NCBI GenBank assembly: GCA_964016885.1
Contig: OZ024740.1
Location: 304,048,001 to 304,112,000 of the forward strand
DNA from: Eledone cirrhosa
Lineage: Eukaryota
DNA length: 64,000 bases
Reading direction: 5' to 3'
The position numbers were made by a program, and so were the translations under genes. The stretch's first letter is position 1. Every line of letters starts with the position of its first letter. Under the pieces are notes generated by a model. It was not told the DNA's origin and did no database searches. It saw nothing but the letters and a program-made list of their open reading frames with translations. Of the stretch, positions 13,041 through 27,780 are shown piece after piece.

Positions 13041-16000
13041 ATTATAAGGAGATATATATAATGGGTAAAGAACGATGTTATAAGCTTTTCTGGGTGGGAA
13101 ATGACAATGGGCTGGGTGGAGTAGGAATCATGGTAGCAGAAAAGTGGGCAGATAAGATAATAGACGTAAATAGAGTGAACAACAGAATAATTAAAATAAG
13201 ACTTGTCCTTAATAGAACTACTGCGATAATAATATCTGCATATGCACCACAATCCGGACTGCCTGGCGTTATAAAAGACAGATTCTATGAGACGTTAATG
13301 CTCACTACCTCCCAAATAACCGACAGTGACTACATAGTTATCGCTGGCGACCTAAATGGTCACGTTGGACAACATTGTGACGGCTATGATGGAATCCATG
13401 GAGGCTATGGGTTTGGTACTAGAAATGAGGAAGGCTCCAGAATCCTGGAATTCTGTGACACAAATAACCTAACTATCTGTAACACTAACTTCAAAAAATG
13501 AGACAATCACTTGATCACCTATAGATCGGGGGAACACACAAGCCAGGTAGATTATATCCTTACCAGGAGACGTGACAGAGTATCTGTTGTAAACACTAAA
13601 TCCCTCCCCCATGAAGAATGCACCTCTCAACATAGACTCATAATTAGCAACCTCATAGTTGGGACGAGATGTACTCGACAACAGAAGAGGGCTATCCTCA
13701 GGAGAAAAATATGGAAGTTAAAAGACCCACAGCCAATAATAAATTTAAAAGCATATTACTTGATGCTTTTGATAGTAAGGAAGAGCAATTAGAGTCGTAC
13801 AATATAGAGGAACAGTGGGAATTCCTGAAAGCTAACCTGCTGAAGGCGACAGATGAAACCTGTGGCTGGAGCAGACCTATAGGCAGGAGGAGAGTAACTT
13901 GGTGGTGGAACAGTAAGGTGGAGGGGTCAATCAAGGCCAAAAGCAGGCTTGGAAAGCATGGCGGGATGGGGGAAGTAGAGAAGACTATCAAGTGGCCAGG
14001 AGGGAAGCTAGGAGACAAGTGTACTTCGCAAGAAGGGAAGCAGAGGAAAGAAAGTTCAAGCATGTTCTACAACGCGAGGACCAAAAACGTGAGGTGTTCA
14101 GGATTGCTAGGCAATGTGTCAAACAAAACAGTGATATTGTCGGGGGAAGTGTGTCCTTAATGATGATGGTGTACTTGCCATCACTGACGCTGATAAGAAG
14201 GTAGCTTGGAAGTGTCACTACGAAAGGCTACTAAATGAGGGACCAGCAGTGCAAGTTGAAGGTAGTATAATAAGTAAGGCGATCAAAGACATGAAGACGG
14301 GCAAGGCGGCCGGGCCTTCGGAAATAGTTGCTGAAATGCTGAAAGCATCTGGAACGGTGGGACACACTATGGTCACTCGGATAGTAAACCAAGTCATACA
14401 GAATGTGGTCGTTCCGAAGGACTGGCGCAGCAGCATCATCATTAACTGCTACAAGGGTAAAGGTGATGCCTTAGATAGGGGAAACTATAGAGGCATTAAA
14501 TTAATTGACCAGGTCATGAAGGTCACAGAAAAAGTAATAGCGCAACTAATCAGAGAGCGAATTGATCTAGACGAAATGCAGTTCGGGTTTGTCAGGTAAA
14601 AGTACAACAGACACTCTTTTCATTGTACGACAACTACAGAAGTACCTAGCTAAAAGTAAACCCCTATAGCCTTTGTTGACTTGGAGAAAGCCTTTGACAG
14701 AGTACCCCGCTCGATTATCTGGTGGGCCCTTAGAAAACTAGGTGTTGATGAATGGATTGTGAGAGCTATACAAGCCATGTATAAAGAAACAGTCAGCAAG
14801 GTTAGAATTAACAACGAATATAGTGAAGAGTTTAGCGTAAAAGTTGGTGTTCATCAGGGCTCCGTCCTTAGCCCCCTATTATTTATTATTGCCCTTCAGG
14901 CTATAACAGAGGAGTTCAAGACCGGCTGCCCATGGGAACTCCTATATGCAGATGATCTAACGCTCATAGCTGAATCAATGGCTGAACTAGAGAAGAAATT
15001 CCAAACATGGAAGCATGGCCTAGAATCAAAAGCCTTAAAGTCAACTTGTCTAAGACTAAAGTTCTAGTTTGTAGGAAGGAAAATAGGGCACCAGTCCCAT
15101 CTGAGAAATGGCCATGCTAAGTGTATAGGAAAGGAGTAGGCAGAAACTCCATTTTATGTCCCTAATACAAAGTATGGGTGCATAAAAGATGTAGTGGGAT
15201 CACAGGTAAGCTAACTAAGAATATAGATTTTATATGTGGCCGGTGCTCTGGAGCAATAAGTAGCAGCAGGTGCCCACAGAATACTAGCTCATTCCATTGC
15301 ACAGATGGTTCTATAGAAATAGTGGACAGCTTCCGTTACCTGGGTGACAAAATCAGCAGTGGGGGGAGGGTGCTCTGAAAGTACAGTAGCTAGAGTCAGA
15401 ACGGGATGGAAAAAGTTCAGAGAGCTTATACCACTATTGGCCGCTAAAGGGTTCTCTCTAAAAATGAAAGGCAGGCTGTATGATGCCTGCATACAAACAG
15501 CAATGTTACATGGCAGTGAGACCTGGGCATTGTGTGCAGAGGATATACGCAGACTGGAGAGAAATGAAGCTTGCATGCTCCGCTGGATGTGTAATAGTTA
15601 TATACGTGAACAGCAAAGCATAAACGAACTAAGGGAGAAATTAGGAATAAGAGGGATCAGATGTTGTTTACTCGAGAGAAGACTACGTTGGTACGGTCAC
15701 GTGATGCGCATGAAAGACGATAGCTGTATAAAAAAGTGCAGGGCGATAAAAATAGACGGTAGCCACGGAGTAGGCAGACCCAGAAAAACCTGGGACGACT
15801 TGATAAATTCCGACCTCACACACTTACACCTCTCCAAGACAATGTCACTGGACCGAGATCTTTGGCGCTACACAGTTATACAGAAGACCCGCCTTGCCTA
15901 AGTACAAAGCGAAACCTACAGTCAGTAGGCACCTCTAACAAAATATACCCCCGTCACTAACCCCCCCCCCCCTTAAATGTGAAGTTATGTTGGTACCACA

Positions 16001-16409
16001 ACATCCAGTGCGAAACAAATGAGGTCGTGTAAGTGTCACGACAAAAAAACACACAGTCCACGCTGTAATGTGGCCGTATAGGTAACACGGTAAAAACCTC
16101 CCAGTCCACACTGTAAACGTGGTTGGTGTTGGGAAGGGCACCCAGCCATAGAAAACCCACCAGACGTGTAGGTGTCACGACAAAAAAACACACAGTCCAC
16201 GCTGTAATGTGGCTGTGTAGGTAACACGGTAAAAACCTCCCAGTCCACACTGTAAACGTGGTTGGTGTTAGGAAGGGCATCCAGCCATAGAAAACCCGCC
16301 AGACAGTCCTGAGCAAGACAACCAATCTTGCCTCAAGTGGGACAATTCCCGTCCAGACCCATGCTAGCGTGGAAAATGGACGTTAAACGTTGATGATGTT
16401 GATGATGAT
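13041..16409 (+). mobile_element. Near-full-length degraded RTE LINE (APE endonuclease, RT, PHD-like finger)
   Basis: APE motifs GVGI, SAYAPQ, GDLNGHVG, SQVDYIL, SQHRL; RT LLYADD; several frameshifts; ~140-bp tandem duplication in the 3'UTR (~16025-16302); (GAT)n tail. Confidence 0.93.
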
Positions 16410-16616
16410 AATTAAGGCCAGTTACAACAATGGCACCATACCAGGTTCAACCTGTGACATTGAAAAGGAACCAGTTCATTTTCATTGACATGAAACGTAT
16501 GGACCTGGTATGGTGCCGTCACAGTAACTGACCTCAATAATTATATTCAAACTCGCCTTACAGACTTGAGTTGCTCTATATTTTGGATATTTTTACCTAC
16601 CTATTACTACTAGTAT

Positions 16617-16650
<34 letters not shown>

Positions 16651-16937
16651 CATCATCATCAACATTTCATTTTACGTCCGCTTTTTCCCTGCTTGCAAGG
16701 GTGGGACGGGAACTGATTCTGGCTTGATTTCTACAGCTGGATGCCCTTCCTAACACCAACCTCATTTACAGTGAGTGCTGGGTGCTTTTTTGTCGTGGCA
16801 CCTGCACGACCACTTTGCAGTGGAATGATATGGACCCCAGTCCCTATCATCTCATTTCTACAGCTGAGTAAACTGGAGCAATGTGAAATAAAGTGTCTTG
16901 CTCAAGGAAACAACACATCACCCGGTCTGAGAATTGA
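16651..16937 (-). mobile_element. SINE with RTE-type tail
   Basis: Near reverse complement of 4688-4946. Confidence 0.8.
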
Positions 16938-16967
16938 ATATATATATATATACACACACACACACAT

Positions 16968-17130
16968 ATATTCATTTATTAAGACTAAGTGGCAAGCCTT
17001 GTTACTCTGGAGTCTCACCTGCGCAAGGTGAAACTCCAGAGTAACAAGGCACCACTTAGCCATAATAAATTAATATTTAAACTCTACTTTGGCATTGTGA
17101 CATTGTACTCTTTCTCATGTCCATCAGTGT
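16968..17130. repeat. Small fold-back element between microsatellites; related copy at ~63399-63580
   Basis: gccttgttactctggagtctcacc / ggtgaaactccagagtaacaaggc arms; both copies continue ttagccataataaat(t/g)aatatttaaact. Confidence 0.75.
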
Positions 17131-17228
<98 letters not shown>

Positions 17229-17318
17229 CAGATAGACAGATATACCTTGGCAATATTCATGTGTACAATCTCTGAACATGATTTCATTGACTGGGTGATC
17301 ATACATGTGAACATTTAA

Positions 17319-17502
17319 CCCTTCAGCATTTAAACCGGCCATATCCGGCCAGAATTCTCTCATCTCTTTCTGTTCAACTTATGTTAAGGTATTGTTTTCA
17401 AAATAAATAATATCAAAATCTCGTAGATTCAATATTATGTGAGATAAAGTGTTTACCATGAAAATACAAGAGTAAATATAGAGTAATGTAAATGCTAAAG
17501 GG
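17319..17502. mobile_element. piggyBac-like MITE
   Basis: TTAA|cccttcagcattt ... aaatgctaaaggg|TTAA. Confidence 0.8.
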
Positions 17503-20500
17503 TTAAACCATTGAGTGTTTTACAAATTTACAACAGTTATCACAATTAAGGTTCACATATCCATACTAGATATTTACAAGAAAGTGTTCAACTTACATTA
17601 CTATTTACAGCATCCTGGACAGGGTTTAATTGAGGGTGTTCTTCATGATTTGCTTTTACCATATTGTGATGCTCAATACTTCTCTACTCAAGATTATAGG
17701 TTCTAGAGTATTAGGTCACTCTCCATAATTTGTTATTCATTACAAGGATGTTCTATTCAGTTAGGATCTATTTCTTGAAGCTTGAAATTGTCTTTTATAT
17801 TTTTTTTCTTATGTCTTGATCTGAGGGTGAGTTTGATTGTAAATCTGATCATAAAAAAGATACTTTGGATTGTTCTGACTGACAGAAGCAACCATCTCCA
17901 ATTGATCTGGCCGATTACTCAAGTTAGACCCACTGAAGCATTGTTTTTGTTTTTGTCTTGAGCTTTTACTTGTTTTAAACCTTCCTGGTGTTTCTAAAGC
18001 TGAAATATGGCAGCCTCAGACAGATGGCAAAAGGCTATGACAAACACAGTTGTAAATAATAAAATAAACAGAAGAAGAGCAAGGTCACATTGGTGTTTAG
18101 TACCATTACATGCATGGTCCTGTAACTCCCGAGGGAGTTGTAGAGGCGCCATATTGAGATACAGTATTTCTAGGGCAATTTAAAACCTGGCGGTGCCCAT
18201 CTCCTCTTTAGGTCTGAATACAGTAGAAGGAAAGAGAGTGTGGGAGAATGGAAATGAGAAAGAGATATAGAGGAAGAATCGACCCCAGTACTAGACTGGT
18301 ATTATTTTTATTGACCTTGAATGGATGAAAGGCAAAGTTGACTTGGCAGGATTTGAACTGAGAGAACAGATAGCCAAAATGAATACTGCAAAGTATCTAT
18401 CTGACGTTCTAATGACTCAGTCAATTTGCCACCTTTAGTACCATTAGTTAGATTAAAATAGAGTGTTCTCCATTTGATTACATTGAGAGTTTCTCCGTGA
18501 AGGGAGGGAAAGCTTAAATGTAATCTGTGCAGTTAAATGTAGAAAACCCGAATGAACAGTTTGTCTTTTTTGCCACTTCGGAGCAAAAAATAACTTTATT
18601 TAGATTGATTGTATTTTGATCTTTTTTTTTTGTTGACTTCTGTTGTATTTTTTACTGTCATGATATCTGTCCATTCAAAGCAAAGTCGAAATATCTCTGT
18701 AAATATCATACAAAAGAAAAAGAATACGAACATGAATATTTCATAGACACAAACCTTTTGAAAGAAAAAAATAATGACTTTTTGAGCACCGAAGGTGATT
18801 TAAAACGTTGACTGACAATAACAACAACAACAACAAAACAACAGTAGTGCTATCACACACACAGATGCTTTGTCAAACAGAATTACAAAAAAAAAAACAC
18901 AAAAAAAAAAATGTTTTCCCCATATTTAAATAGGCAGATTTTAAATAAGGATAAGAAAGGCCCCAACCTAGAAAGAGTAATGGCAACATTGTATCAGTAA
19001 ACACTACGTCCTCTTACATGACAGATTTATTTCTCTTCTTATTCTTTGCCCACTTATTCTTGAGAGGGTCATGGAGGAAGAGTCCTCAAACACTCCTTCC
19101 ATCAGACCCTCACAGAAATATCCATCTCCAACTGATCCGGCTGGATCTCCTTGTGACAAGGAAAAACCCAGAAATCCTATGTATTTGTGCCTCACTAAAA
19201 GCATCACCGTTTTTAATATACTTTTAAAAAAACAATTGAGGGGATGTGTGGATGAGCATTTCATGTTTTGATTGCGGTAAAGTCTATGGGATGGGACTAG
19301 TACTAGTAATGCACTGGGGTCAATTTAAATCAACTTTTCCCTCCCCCAAATTGTTGGCCTCGTGCCTAAATCCGGAACCATTATTACTAGGAGCACCTCC
19401 CCATTAACAAAGATTAGCTTTTTGGTTTGGTCTGCACCACATTCATAGTTAATTCCTTTCAGTTTTATCTGCAATTAAAGGCCTTATAAGGTAAAACATT
19501 GTCTTCCCCATTTTATTCTGTTAAAGGCAGTAAATTGGCAGAGTCATTCATTCAAGGTCGATAAAAGATGTACCAATCAAGTACTGGGGTCGATTCTTCC
19601 TCTACATCTCTTTTTCACTTCCTTTCTCTCACTCTCTATCCTTCTCTAGAAGAAATCTGCTGTGTTCAGATATGGAGAGAAGATAGGTTCCACCAGGTTT
19701 TTTCAAAAATGCCCTAGAAATGCTGTATGTCAATACGGTGCCCCTATGACTCTATCAGAAGTTATAGGACCATGCATGCATTCTGTTAAAATATGAATTT
19801 CTCTGACAGTAAGACATATCAAGCCATATATTATCATATAAATTAAATATACTTATTATATTGGCAATTTTTCAATACTTTCATTTATATCCATTTTAAT
19901 TGTCATTCTATAAAATAAAAATATATTACCATTTTATTCTGTAAATATTGGTCCAGATGTTACTTCATAAAATTATTCAACACAAACTATTTTGTATTTT
20001 AGTGGTTTCGATACTATGGGCATGTAGTTAGAATGTCCCAGGAAAGAATCGCTGGACAGATTTTACGGGCAAAACCAACTGGCAGGAAACCCAGGGGTAG
20101 ACCTCGAGCAAGATGGTTGGAGAACATCCATGTGCTTTGTTGATCTTGCTTGAGGATTCGGACAGATCAGTTAGAGACGGTTGCTTCTGACAGGACCCGC
20201 TGGAAAGAGTGTTTGAGGACTCTGCCCTCATAACCCTATCAGGAATTATTTCCTGAGACATTCTAACCACATGCCTGAAGTATCAGAGCTGTGATCTCTC
20301 AATTCAGAGAAGAATCCCTGAGTCAAATTCCCAACAAACTAAATATATCAGTTAAATTCAGCCAGATGTAACAATTTGAACTTGGGGTGTGATTTGAGTG
20401 ATACATGGCTGTTATTTCTAGCAGGTTGAGAGAGAACATAGAGGCTTCATCTTGGATTGTTGCTTAGTTTCAGAACAAATCTTATTTGGTTGTGAACACA

Positions 20501-21305
20501 CTGTCTTAAACATGAGTTATTGTTCTAGTTTAATCAGAGGTCAGCACTGAACAAAGGCATTGTAACTGTAGCCATCCTTTTTTTCTTCATCATAGTGTAT
20601 CTAAGGTTACACTCTCCAATATACATTCTTTTTTAAGATGGTAGGATGTGATTTGAGGGAGATTTGGTTGCTATTTCTAACAATTCAAGTGACCCAATAT
20701 TGACAAAAATAAGAAAAAAAAATCGATAGTAAAATTGGGGTCGACATATTCAAGGTCAATAATTTGCCAATTTCACCAACTTCAAAATTCTATGTAAATG
20801 AGGTGCTAAAATAATTTATCTTTGGAGGTGAATTTACACCAGTTTCACTTTGTTATTTATATGTCTTGAATGTGGCCTACAAAACTGAATATTTATATGT
20901 CTTGAATATGGCCCACAAAACTGTTGGAAATTGGTTAAAAAATCATTACATAATGGAGTTGTGAAATAAAGACTTCACTTTAAACAAGATATAAAGCATT
21001 TTGAAAATAAAAATTTTAAAATTTCATAAATATATTCTCCACTCATGAGGATTTAGTTGCTATTTCTAGCAATTCAAGTGACTATGTAGAAGCACTTTCT
21101 TTGGATATTTTGCAATTGATGTCATGTTATGAATTTTAATATGAAAACATATCTAATGATGTATCACCGAAATTAGTAATTATATGATAGTAGAGCTACC
21201 TACTCTTGCTTTGTGATATATTTACATATAAATGTGATAGTAGTGCCACCACCCAACCCTGCTTTGTAATATATTTACTTAGAAATATGATAGTAAAGCC
21301 ACTAC

Positions 21306-21481
21306 CAATGCCAGATTTAGGACAAATGAGGCTATGTGCTAGTTAAGTTATGAGGCCCCTTATTTGGGCCTTGAAGGAGGTAATTCATTGTAAAAAAAAA
21401 TTTTGGCAGGAAGATGGGCTTCCCTGGCCAATGGGGCCCTGTGCTTAAGCACACCTGAGCACAATGATAAATCTGGCAGTG
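21306..21481. mobile_element. hAT-type MITE inserted among diverged minisatellite units
   Basis: TIRs caatgccagattta / taaatctggcagtg; 8-bp TSD gccactac / gccaccac. Confidence 0.75.
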
Positions 21482-21489
21482 GCCACCAC

Positions 21490-22270
21490 CCACTCCTACT
21501 TTGTGATAAATTTACATATAAATGTGATAGTGGAGCTACCCACTCCTGATGTGATGGTAGAGCCACTTACCTCTTCTGATTTGTGATATATTTACATATA
21601 AATGTGATAGTAGAGCTACCCACTCCTGATGTGATGGTAGAGCCACTTACCTCTTCTGATTTGTGATATATTTACATATAAATGTGATAGTAGAGCTACC
21701 CACTCCTGATGTGATGGTAGAGCCACTTACCTCTTCTGATTTGTGATATATTTACATATAAATGTGATAGTAGAGCTACCCACTCCTGATGTGATGGTAG
21801 AGCCACTTACCTCTTCTGATTTGTGATATATTTACATATAAATGTGATGGTAAGCCACCTACTCTTGATGTGATGTTTGAGCCACTTACCTCTTCTGATT
21901 TGTGAGCTATTTACATATAAATGTGATGGTAAGCCACCTACTCTTGATGTGATGTTTGAGCCACTTACCTCTTCTGATTTGTGAGCTATTTACATATAAA
22001 TGTGATGGTAAGCCACCTACTCTTGATGTGATGGTTGAGCCACTTACCTCTTCTGATTTGTGAGCTATTTACATATAAATGTGATGGTAAGCCACCTACT
22101 CTTGATGTGATGTTTGAGCCACTTACCTCTTCTGATTTGTGAACTATTTACATATAAATGTGATGGTAAGCCACCTACTCTTGATGTGATGGTTGAGCCA
22201 CCCACTCCTGATGTGATGGTAAAGCCACTTACCTCTTCTGATTTGTGATATATTTACATATAAATGTGAT
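21490..22270. repeat. Minisatellite, ~80-bp unit changing to ~77-bp unit, ~10 copies
   Basis: Unit gtgatatatttacatataaatgtgatagtagagctacccactcctgatgtgatggtagagccacttacctcttctgattt. Confidence 0.95.
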
Positions 22271-23114
22271 GCACTTATTATCTATCTTTGCATTATCTTT
22301 TATGTTAGACTTTAGTTTGTTTCTATCTTCAATGTGTTCGCTTCCAAAACTCGTACAATTATTGATCATCTAAAACAGTGTTAGCAAGAACAACAAAAAT
22401 TACTTCTCACATAATATTTGAACAAGAAACCATTGTTAGAAAACAATTAAGATGTCTTATACATGCTAGCGTGGAAAATGAATAATAAACGGTGATGTCT
22501 CATACATATATACAAAATGAGAAAATCTATAATATACAATTGTTTCTATTGATTTTATTGACAGTTGATAACAAATTTTAATTTGATAGTAATATTTAAG
22601 TGTGTTAATCAATTAAGATAGTTTTAGGGACCATAGGGTACAGTTTCTGTCTTAATTTAATGGTAATATTTGTGCCAATCAATTAAAATAGTTTTATAGA
22701 TGATAGGGTGCAGTTTCTGTCTTAATTTAATTGTTTCTACTATTGGCACAAGGCCAGCAATTACCCAGTACATTACTGGTACTTTATTTTATCGACCCCG
22801 TAAGGATGAAAGGCAAAGTTAACCTCAGCGGGATTTGAACTCAGAATGGCGAGGGCCGTAACTCTATGCGTCAAAGTTTCTGTCTTAATTTAATGGTAAT
22901 ATTTGTGTCAATCAATTAAAATAGTTTCATAGATCATAGGGTCTAGTTTCAGTCTCAGTTTTAAGCTAAAATATTCTTTCAGTTCTCTCTCTATTGGAGT
23001 TAAAATATGAAGTTAAATTTGAATTTGAAAAATCACTGAAATTTTCTATTATTCAGATGTTATATATAATGGTTGGAATTCATTTGGGAAAACTATGAGC
23101 TATTACTGGTTTTA

Positions 23115-23414
23115 AAGGTAGAATTTAAGAGGAATTTGAGGTGATGTGCAAAAGAGAAGACTGTGTTGGTATGGACATGTGATGTGCATGGATGATGATC
23201 GATGGGTGAAGAAGTGCCAGGAAATGCCAGTGGAAGGAAGCCGCAGTAGAGGTAGACTGAGAAAGACCTGGGCAGAGGTTGTGAGAGCTGACCTCAAATC
23301 ACTGAGATACACAAAGATGACAAAGGATTGCAATGAGTAGAGAGATGTTGTGCTGAAAAGGACCCATCCAACCCATGCAAGCATAGAAAAGCAGGCGTAG
23401 AAATGATGATGATG
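23115..23414 (+). mobile_element. Old RTE 3' fragment (another on the minus strand at ~28310-28640)
   Basis: KRRLCWYGHVM and RGRLRKTW; aacccatgcaagcat...(GAT)n. Confidence 0.8.
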
Positions 23415-23450
23415 AATTAGTTAAAAATGTATTGGTGTATTGTAAGTATA

Positions 23451-23826
23451 CTCTTGGGTCTTGAATAATTGTCTCCCTCCACTTCTTAATTTTTCAGATT
23501 TTTCCACCCACCACCCATTCTTTTTCCAACCACTCCGCTTATTAAATTTTGTTAATCTATCTCCGGCAAAATTTTATTTTAAGTGGTAGCATTCATGTGA
23601 CGATTTTCTTTAGACATTAAAAACATTATACATGAAAAAAGAAAAGTACACTATTAGAAATCCTATATGTTATAAAATAAATAGGATAGGTTGGGGTCTC
23701 AATATGTAAACTAAACGACTAATTCTGTTTTTAAAAAAAAATCTAGAAAGACAACCTAGAAAAATGATCGATGATCTGCCCCATCCCCGCTTATTCCAAT
23801 ACCTCCTATTATTTAGAACCCAAGAG
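23451..23826. mobile_element. Tc1/mariner-type MITE with TA TSD; copies at 27201-27547, ~30260-30577, split 39290-39380/41005-41251 and ~63590-63700
   Basis: TA|ctcttgggtc ... gaacccaagag|TA; shared internal sequence among copies. Confidence 0.78.
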
Positions 23827-24007
23827 TATATACGGTAAATGACTTATAAAAATTGATATTCTGATTTGATCAACAGAATAGCCTGCCCATGACAGTACAC
23901 ACATGCATACTTTTAATATAGTTCCCAGAGAGATTCAGTGTAACAAAGCTGATCCTTTGATTCACAGGTTCAATTAACTTTTGGCAGCTGAGTGGACTGG
24001 AGCAATG

Positions 24008-27000
24008 CAATGTTGCCAATCTAGCATTTTTAATGCAAGATCAAGCATTTGTTTTAAGCATTTAGCAAGGAAAATAGCAGTTTGAAAAATTTATTTAGCA
24101 TTTTTCTCTGATCTTGAGATTTCCACAATAGTTACTCTATTATTTTTTCTACTATTTGTTTCTTTGTCTTTAAGTATTTTACAGTTGGATTTTAGACTAT
24201 CGGTTATTATGGAATTTTTTCTTTCACTTTCATGACACTCCAAATAAAAGGATATCAAGTATTTTATTGTTACCCTTTCATGCCAGCACCAGAGCTCCCC
24301 AGTTGAAGTCTAAAGTATATCAGGTCATCAGGTTGCCTGTCTTAGTTTCTGTGGCGTTAAGCGACTAAGAGTACAAGATTTCCCACTTGACAGGACATCA
24401 CTGGGTTAAACTACCAGTTACTGCTGGTACTAATTTTCAGCTGAATATACTGGAGCAAGGTGAAATGAAGTGTTTGTGTCAAGAACACAATACATATCCC
24501 AGTCCAGGAATCGAATCCAAGACATGATTGTAAGTCCAGCATCCTAACCAAGAGGCCATACACCTTCATCAGTCCCCACCTAATACTCTTTAATGTAAAC
24601 ATGTTACAAATAAGTAAAACACATGAATTTGCCCAATCTAGAAGTTATCATTAGCAACAATTCCAATTTCGTACTGATGTGTTTTTATTGTGATAGCCTG
24701 ATTTATTTATATTTTGACTCAGTTTTTAAAAGGTTTTTATTTTTTCATATTTGTTTTGGATTGTATGTCTTGTGTGAAACTACGGAGTCTCCCCCTTTTT
24801 TTTCAACTTACTTTTTCTTCTTATTTTAAGTACTGTATATATATATTTGAAGTTTCAGAAATAGATGTGAAATGAAAGATTCAAAGTGAAATTTGATGTT
24901 TATAAGTTTATCCGAACACAGTCTTAGGATTTCTGCAGATATTAATTCTCCATTTATAAGTTGGCCAACCCTGCATCCTGAATTAATATTCTTAACCTCA
25001 AGAATTGTTAGCAGAAAATTGAGTCCTTGTTGGTGGCAAATAGATGACTTATGTTTACAATTTTTTTATTTTTATTAATCATTTATTTTATTGCTTCCCC
25101 TTATATAAGCAAAAAAAAAAAAAAAAAAGGTAAAGCTATCTCAGCAAAAATTCCAAAAGGAATGGCTTAAGATTCCAGTGTTTTCTAAATGGTGAAGCAC
25201 CTAGTGGCCAATCTAAAGCACATTGTAGATATTTTAGATGTGATATTTTGACAAAATATTCTTTTAGTAAGCCACTGTGAAACAAAGTAACATAAGACAT
25301 CAATTTCACAGCAAATGATTCCTCTTACCAATTTTATTAAAACTAAAGATGATATGATGTCTATGCTTGAAGCAAATTTAGAAATGTTTATTTGTTGCCA
25401 CTCATCATTTAATAGCTGTGATCACTTAGTAGACTTGTGTAAGAATTATGAGTCAGATAGTGATATTATGTCCAAAGTGAAATGTCAATATTGTATGTGC
25501 AAATATTGTAAGAAATGTTCTAACTCTGTATTTTGATGAAGATTAGATTTCTGATATAGGAGATCATAAATTTAACTTATTATTAGATGAACCCAATGAT
25601 ATATCTATAAATAAATTGTTAGGAATTGTTATTGTATATTACAGTGAAAGTCAGTAACAGGTGGTACCTACATATCTCAGTATAGAATCTTGAGAAACAT
25701 GTGATGCTGATGGAATTGTAGTTGTCTAAACAATTAGTGGAAAAGAAATTAAACATAAACCAGTTGGCTATAGAAACCAACAATACCAATGTAACAACAA
25801 GAGTCAACAACAGTGTTTTCCAGAAATTAAAAGAGGAAGTTCCAACATTATTTCTATTTAGATGTTCATGTCATTCTTTACAGGTGGCTGTATGTGCTGA
25901 ATGCCTGCTCAGAAACTTAAAACTTTTAGTATCTGAAACCTATAAATGATTCTCTCACTCTTCAACTAGACAAAGAGCCTGCAAATAACACTACCTTACT
26001 ATCAATGATAATGAATCTTTGAAGATTGTGAATTCTTGTGCAGGTGCATGGCTTAATGGTTAGTGCATTAGGCTTGCAATTAGGAGATTGTGAGTTTGAT
26101 TCTTGAACTGGGTAATGTGTTGTATCCTTGGGCAAGACACTTTATTTCACGTTGCTCCAGTTTACTCAGCTACAGAAATGAGTTGCGATGTCACTGGTGC
26201 GAAGCTGTATCGGCCATTGCTTTTCCCTTGGACAACATTGGTGGCATGGAGAGGGGCGACTGGTATGCATAGGCAACTACTGGTCTTCCACAAACAACCT
26301 TGCCTGAACTTGTGCCTCAGGGGGGAACTTTCTAGGTGCAAATCCCATGGTCATTTGTGACCGAAGGGGGGTCTTTAAATGTAGCTGTCAATAGAACCAG
26401 CTTTAAGTAGAACTTTATGCCAATGGTTTGAATTACAAACTCACTTCCAAAAGAAAATTGATTTCAGCTCAAATGGTACGTGAAATGTTTTGTCATTGTA
26501 GAAATTAACTTTTCCTTTTATTTTTGCATCCAATTCTAAAACATGCCCAGGCAGTGAATAAACTGTTTCAATCAAACACTGTTGATAAAATAAAATTATT
26601 TAAAGATATTTCAAATTTAATAAAATATATTGCTAATGTGATAATATTGCTAACATGTAGAATTGCTCCTCTTGATCCTGATGTTTATATTGAAGAATAT
26701 CTTAATCCTAAACCAAATTTAGGTTACAGATTCAAGAAAAAGATAGCAGAAATAACGATCTAACCCATGCTAGCATGGAAAATGGATGTTAAACAATAAT
26801 GATAATGAGGATAACAGTTTTTACTCTGCCTTTATGAAGAGCTCAAGCAGCATTTACCAGAAAACTTTAATATACTGAGGGATAGCAAATGTTTTTCAGT
26901 AGAGAATAGTTTGAGACTGTCATAGAAGCAATCCATTTAGTTAAATGGACAAATACAACTAATACTGAAGCATTCTGGTAAGAAGTTTTAGATTATAACG

Positions 27001-27780
27001 ATGCCACTGGTCGCCATTACTTATTAGTGCTGTCAAACTCAAATGCCGAAAGTCGAATGGCTGTTTGGCACTATGAGTAGAATCCATTCAAAACTGAAAA
27101 ACAAAATATAGCTTCCCATGCTTGTGTCAATATTTTCTGTAAAATATGGCCTAAAAGATATGGTAGATGCTGAAAAACGTTTTACATTCCAAAACCTATA
27201 TTCTTGGGTCCCAAATAATAGGAGGGATGGGTTGGAATAAGCACAGGGGTGGGTGGGGTGGAATTGGTAAGTTTTCTAGGTTGTCTCCTTTGATTTAGTT
27301 TGTATATATTGAGATCCCAACCCATCTTATTTATTTTATAGTAATGTACTTTTTTTGTCATGTATAATGTTTTTTAATGTCTAAAAAGAAAATAATTGTC
27401 ACAGGAATGCTACCACTTAAAATAAATTTCTTTAATCAAAATTTAATAAGAAGGGATGGGGAATAAGAATGGAGGGGCTGCATAGAAAAAAATCTGAAAA
27501 ACTAATAAGCGGAGGAGGAGAGGTGGCCCTTATTTGAGACCCAAGAGTATTTAAGAAGATTAGGACTGTGTTTATACAAAAATCAAGACCCAGAGACTGC
27601 AGCTGAAAGTAAACAAATCAGTAAAATTGAAGAAATTATTTCTTAATATTGAATGTAATTAAGGAATGTAAATAAAAATGTAACTAAAAATTGAATTTTT
27701 TAAATTGGACTTCAGCATGTTTTTTGGCATTTTTCTACTGAAATTTAGTGTAAAATTGTGATTTTATGTTGGCAACACTA
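24008..27780 (+). mobile_element. Decayed hAT-superfamily DNA transposon with nested SINEs and a MITE
   Basis: TIRs caatgttgccaa / ttggcaacacta; exact 8-bp TSD gagcaatg (24000-24007 and 27781-27788) splitting a SINE; transposase remnants FNLLLDEPNDIS, CSCHSLQ, ETYK*FSHSSTRQ and SNSNAE. Confidence 0.85.
26043..26376 (+). mobile_element. CORE-like SINE inside the hAT transposase
   Basis: tRNA-like head tggcttaatggttag...gagtttgattc and ccttgggcaagacactttatttcac core. Confidence 0.75.

Noticed and set aside
21490-22270. Regular repeat array resembling CRISPR
   Set aside because: No unique spacers, eukaryotic context and no cas genes
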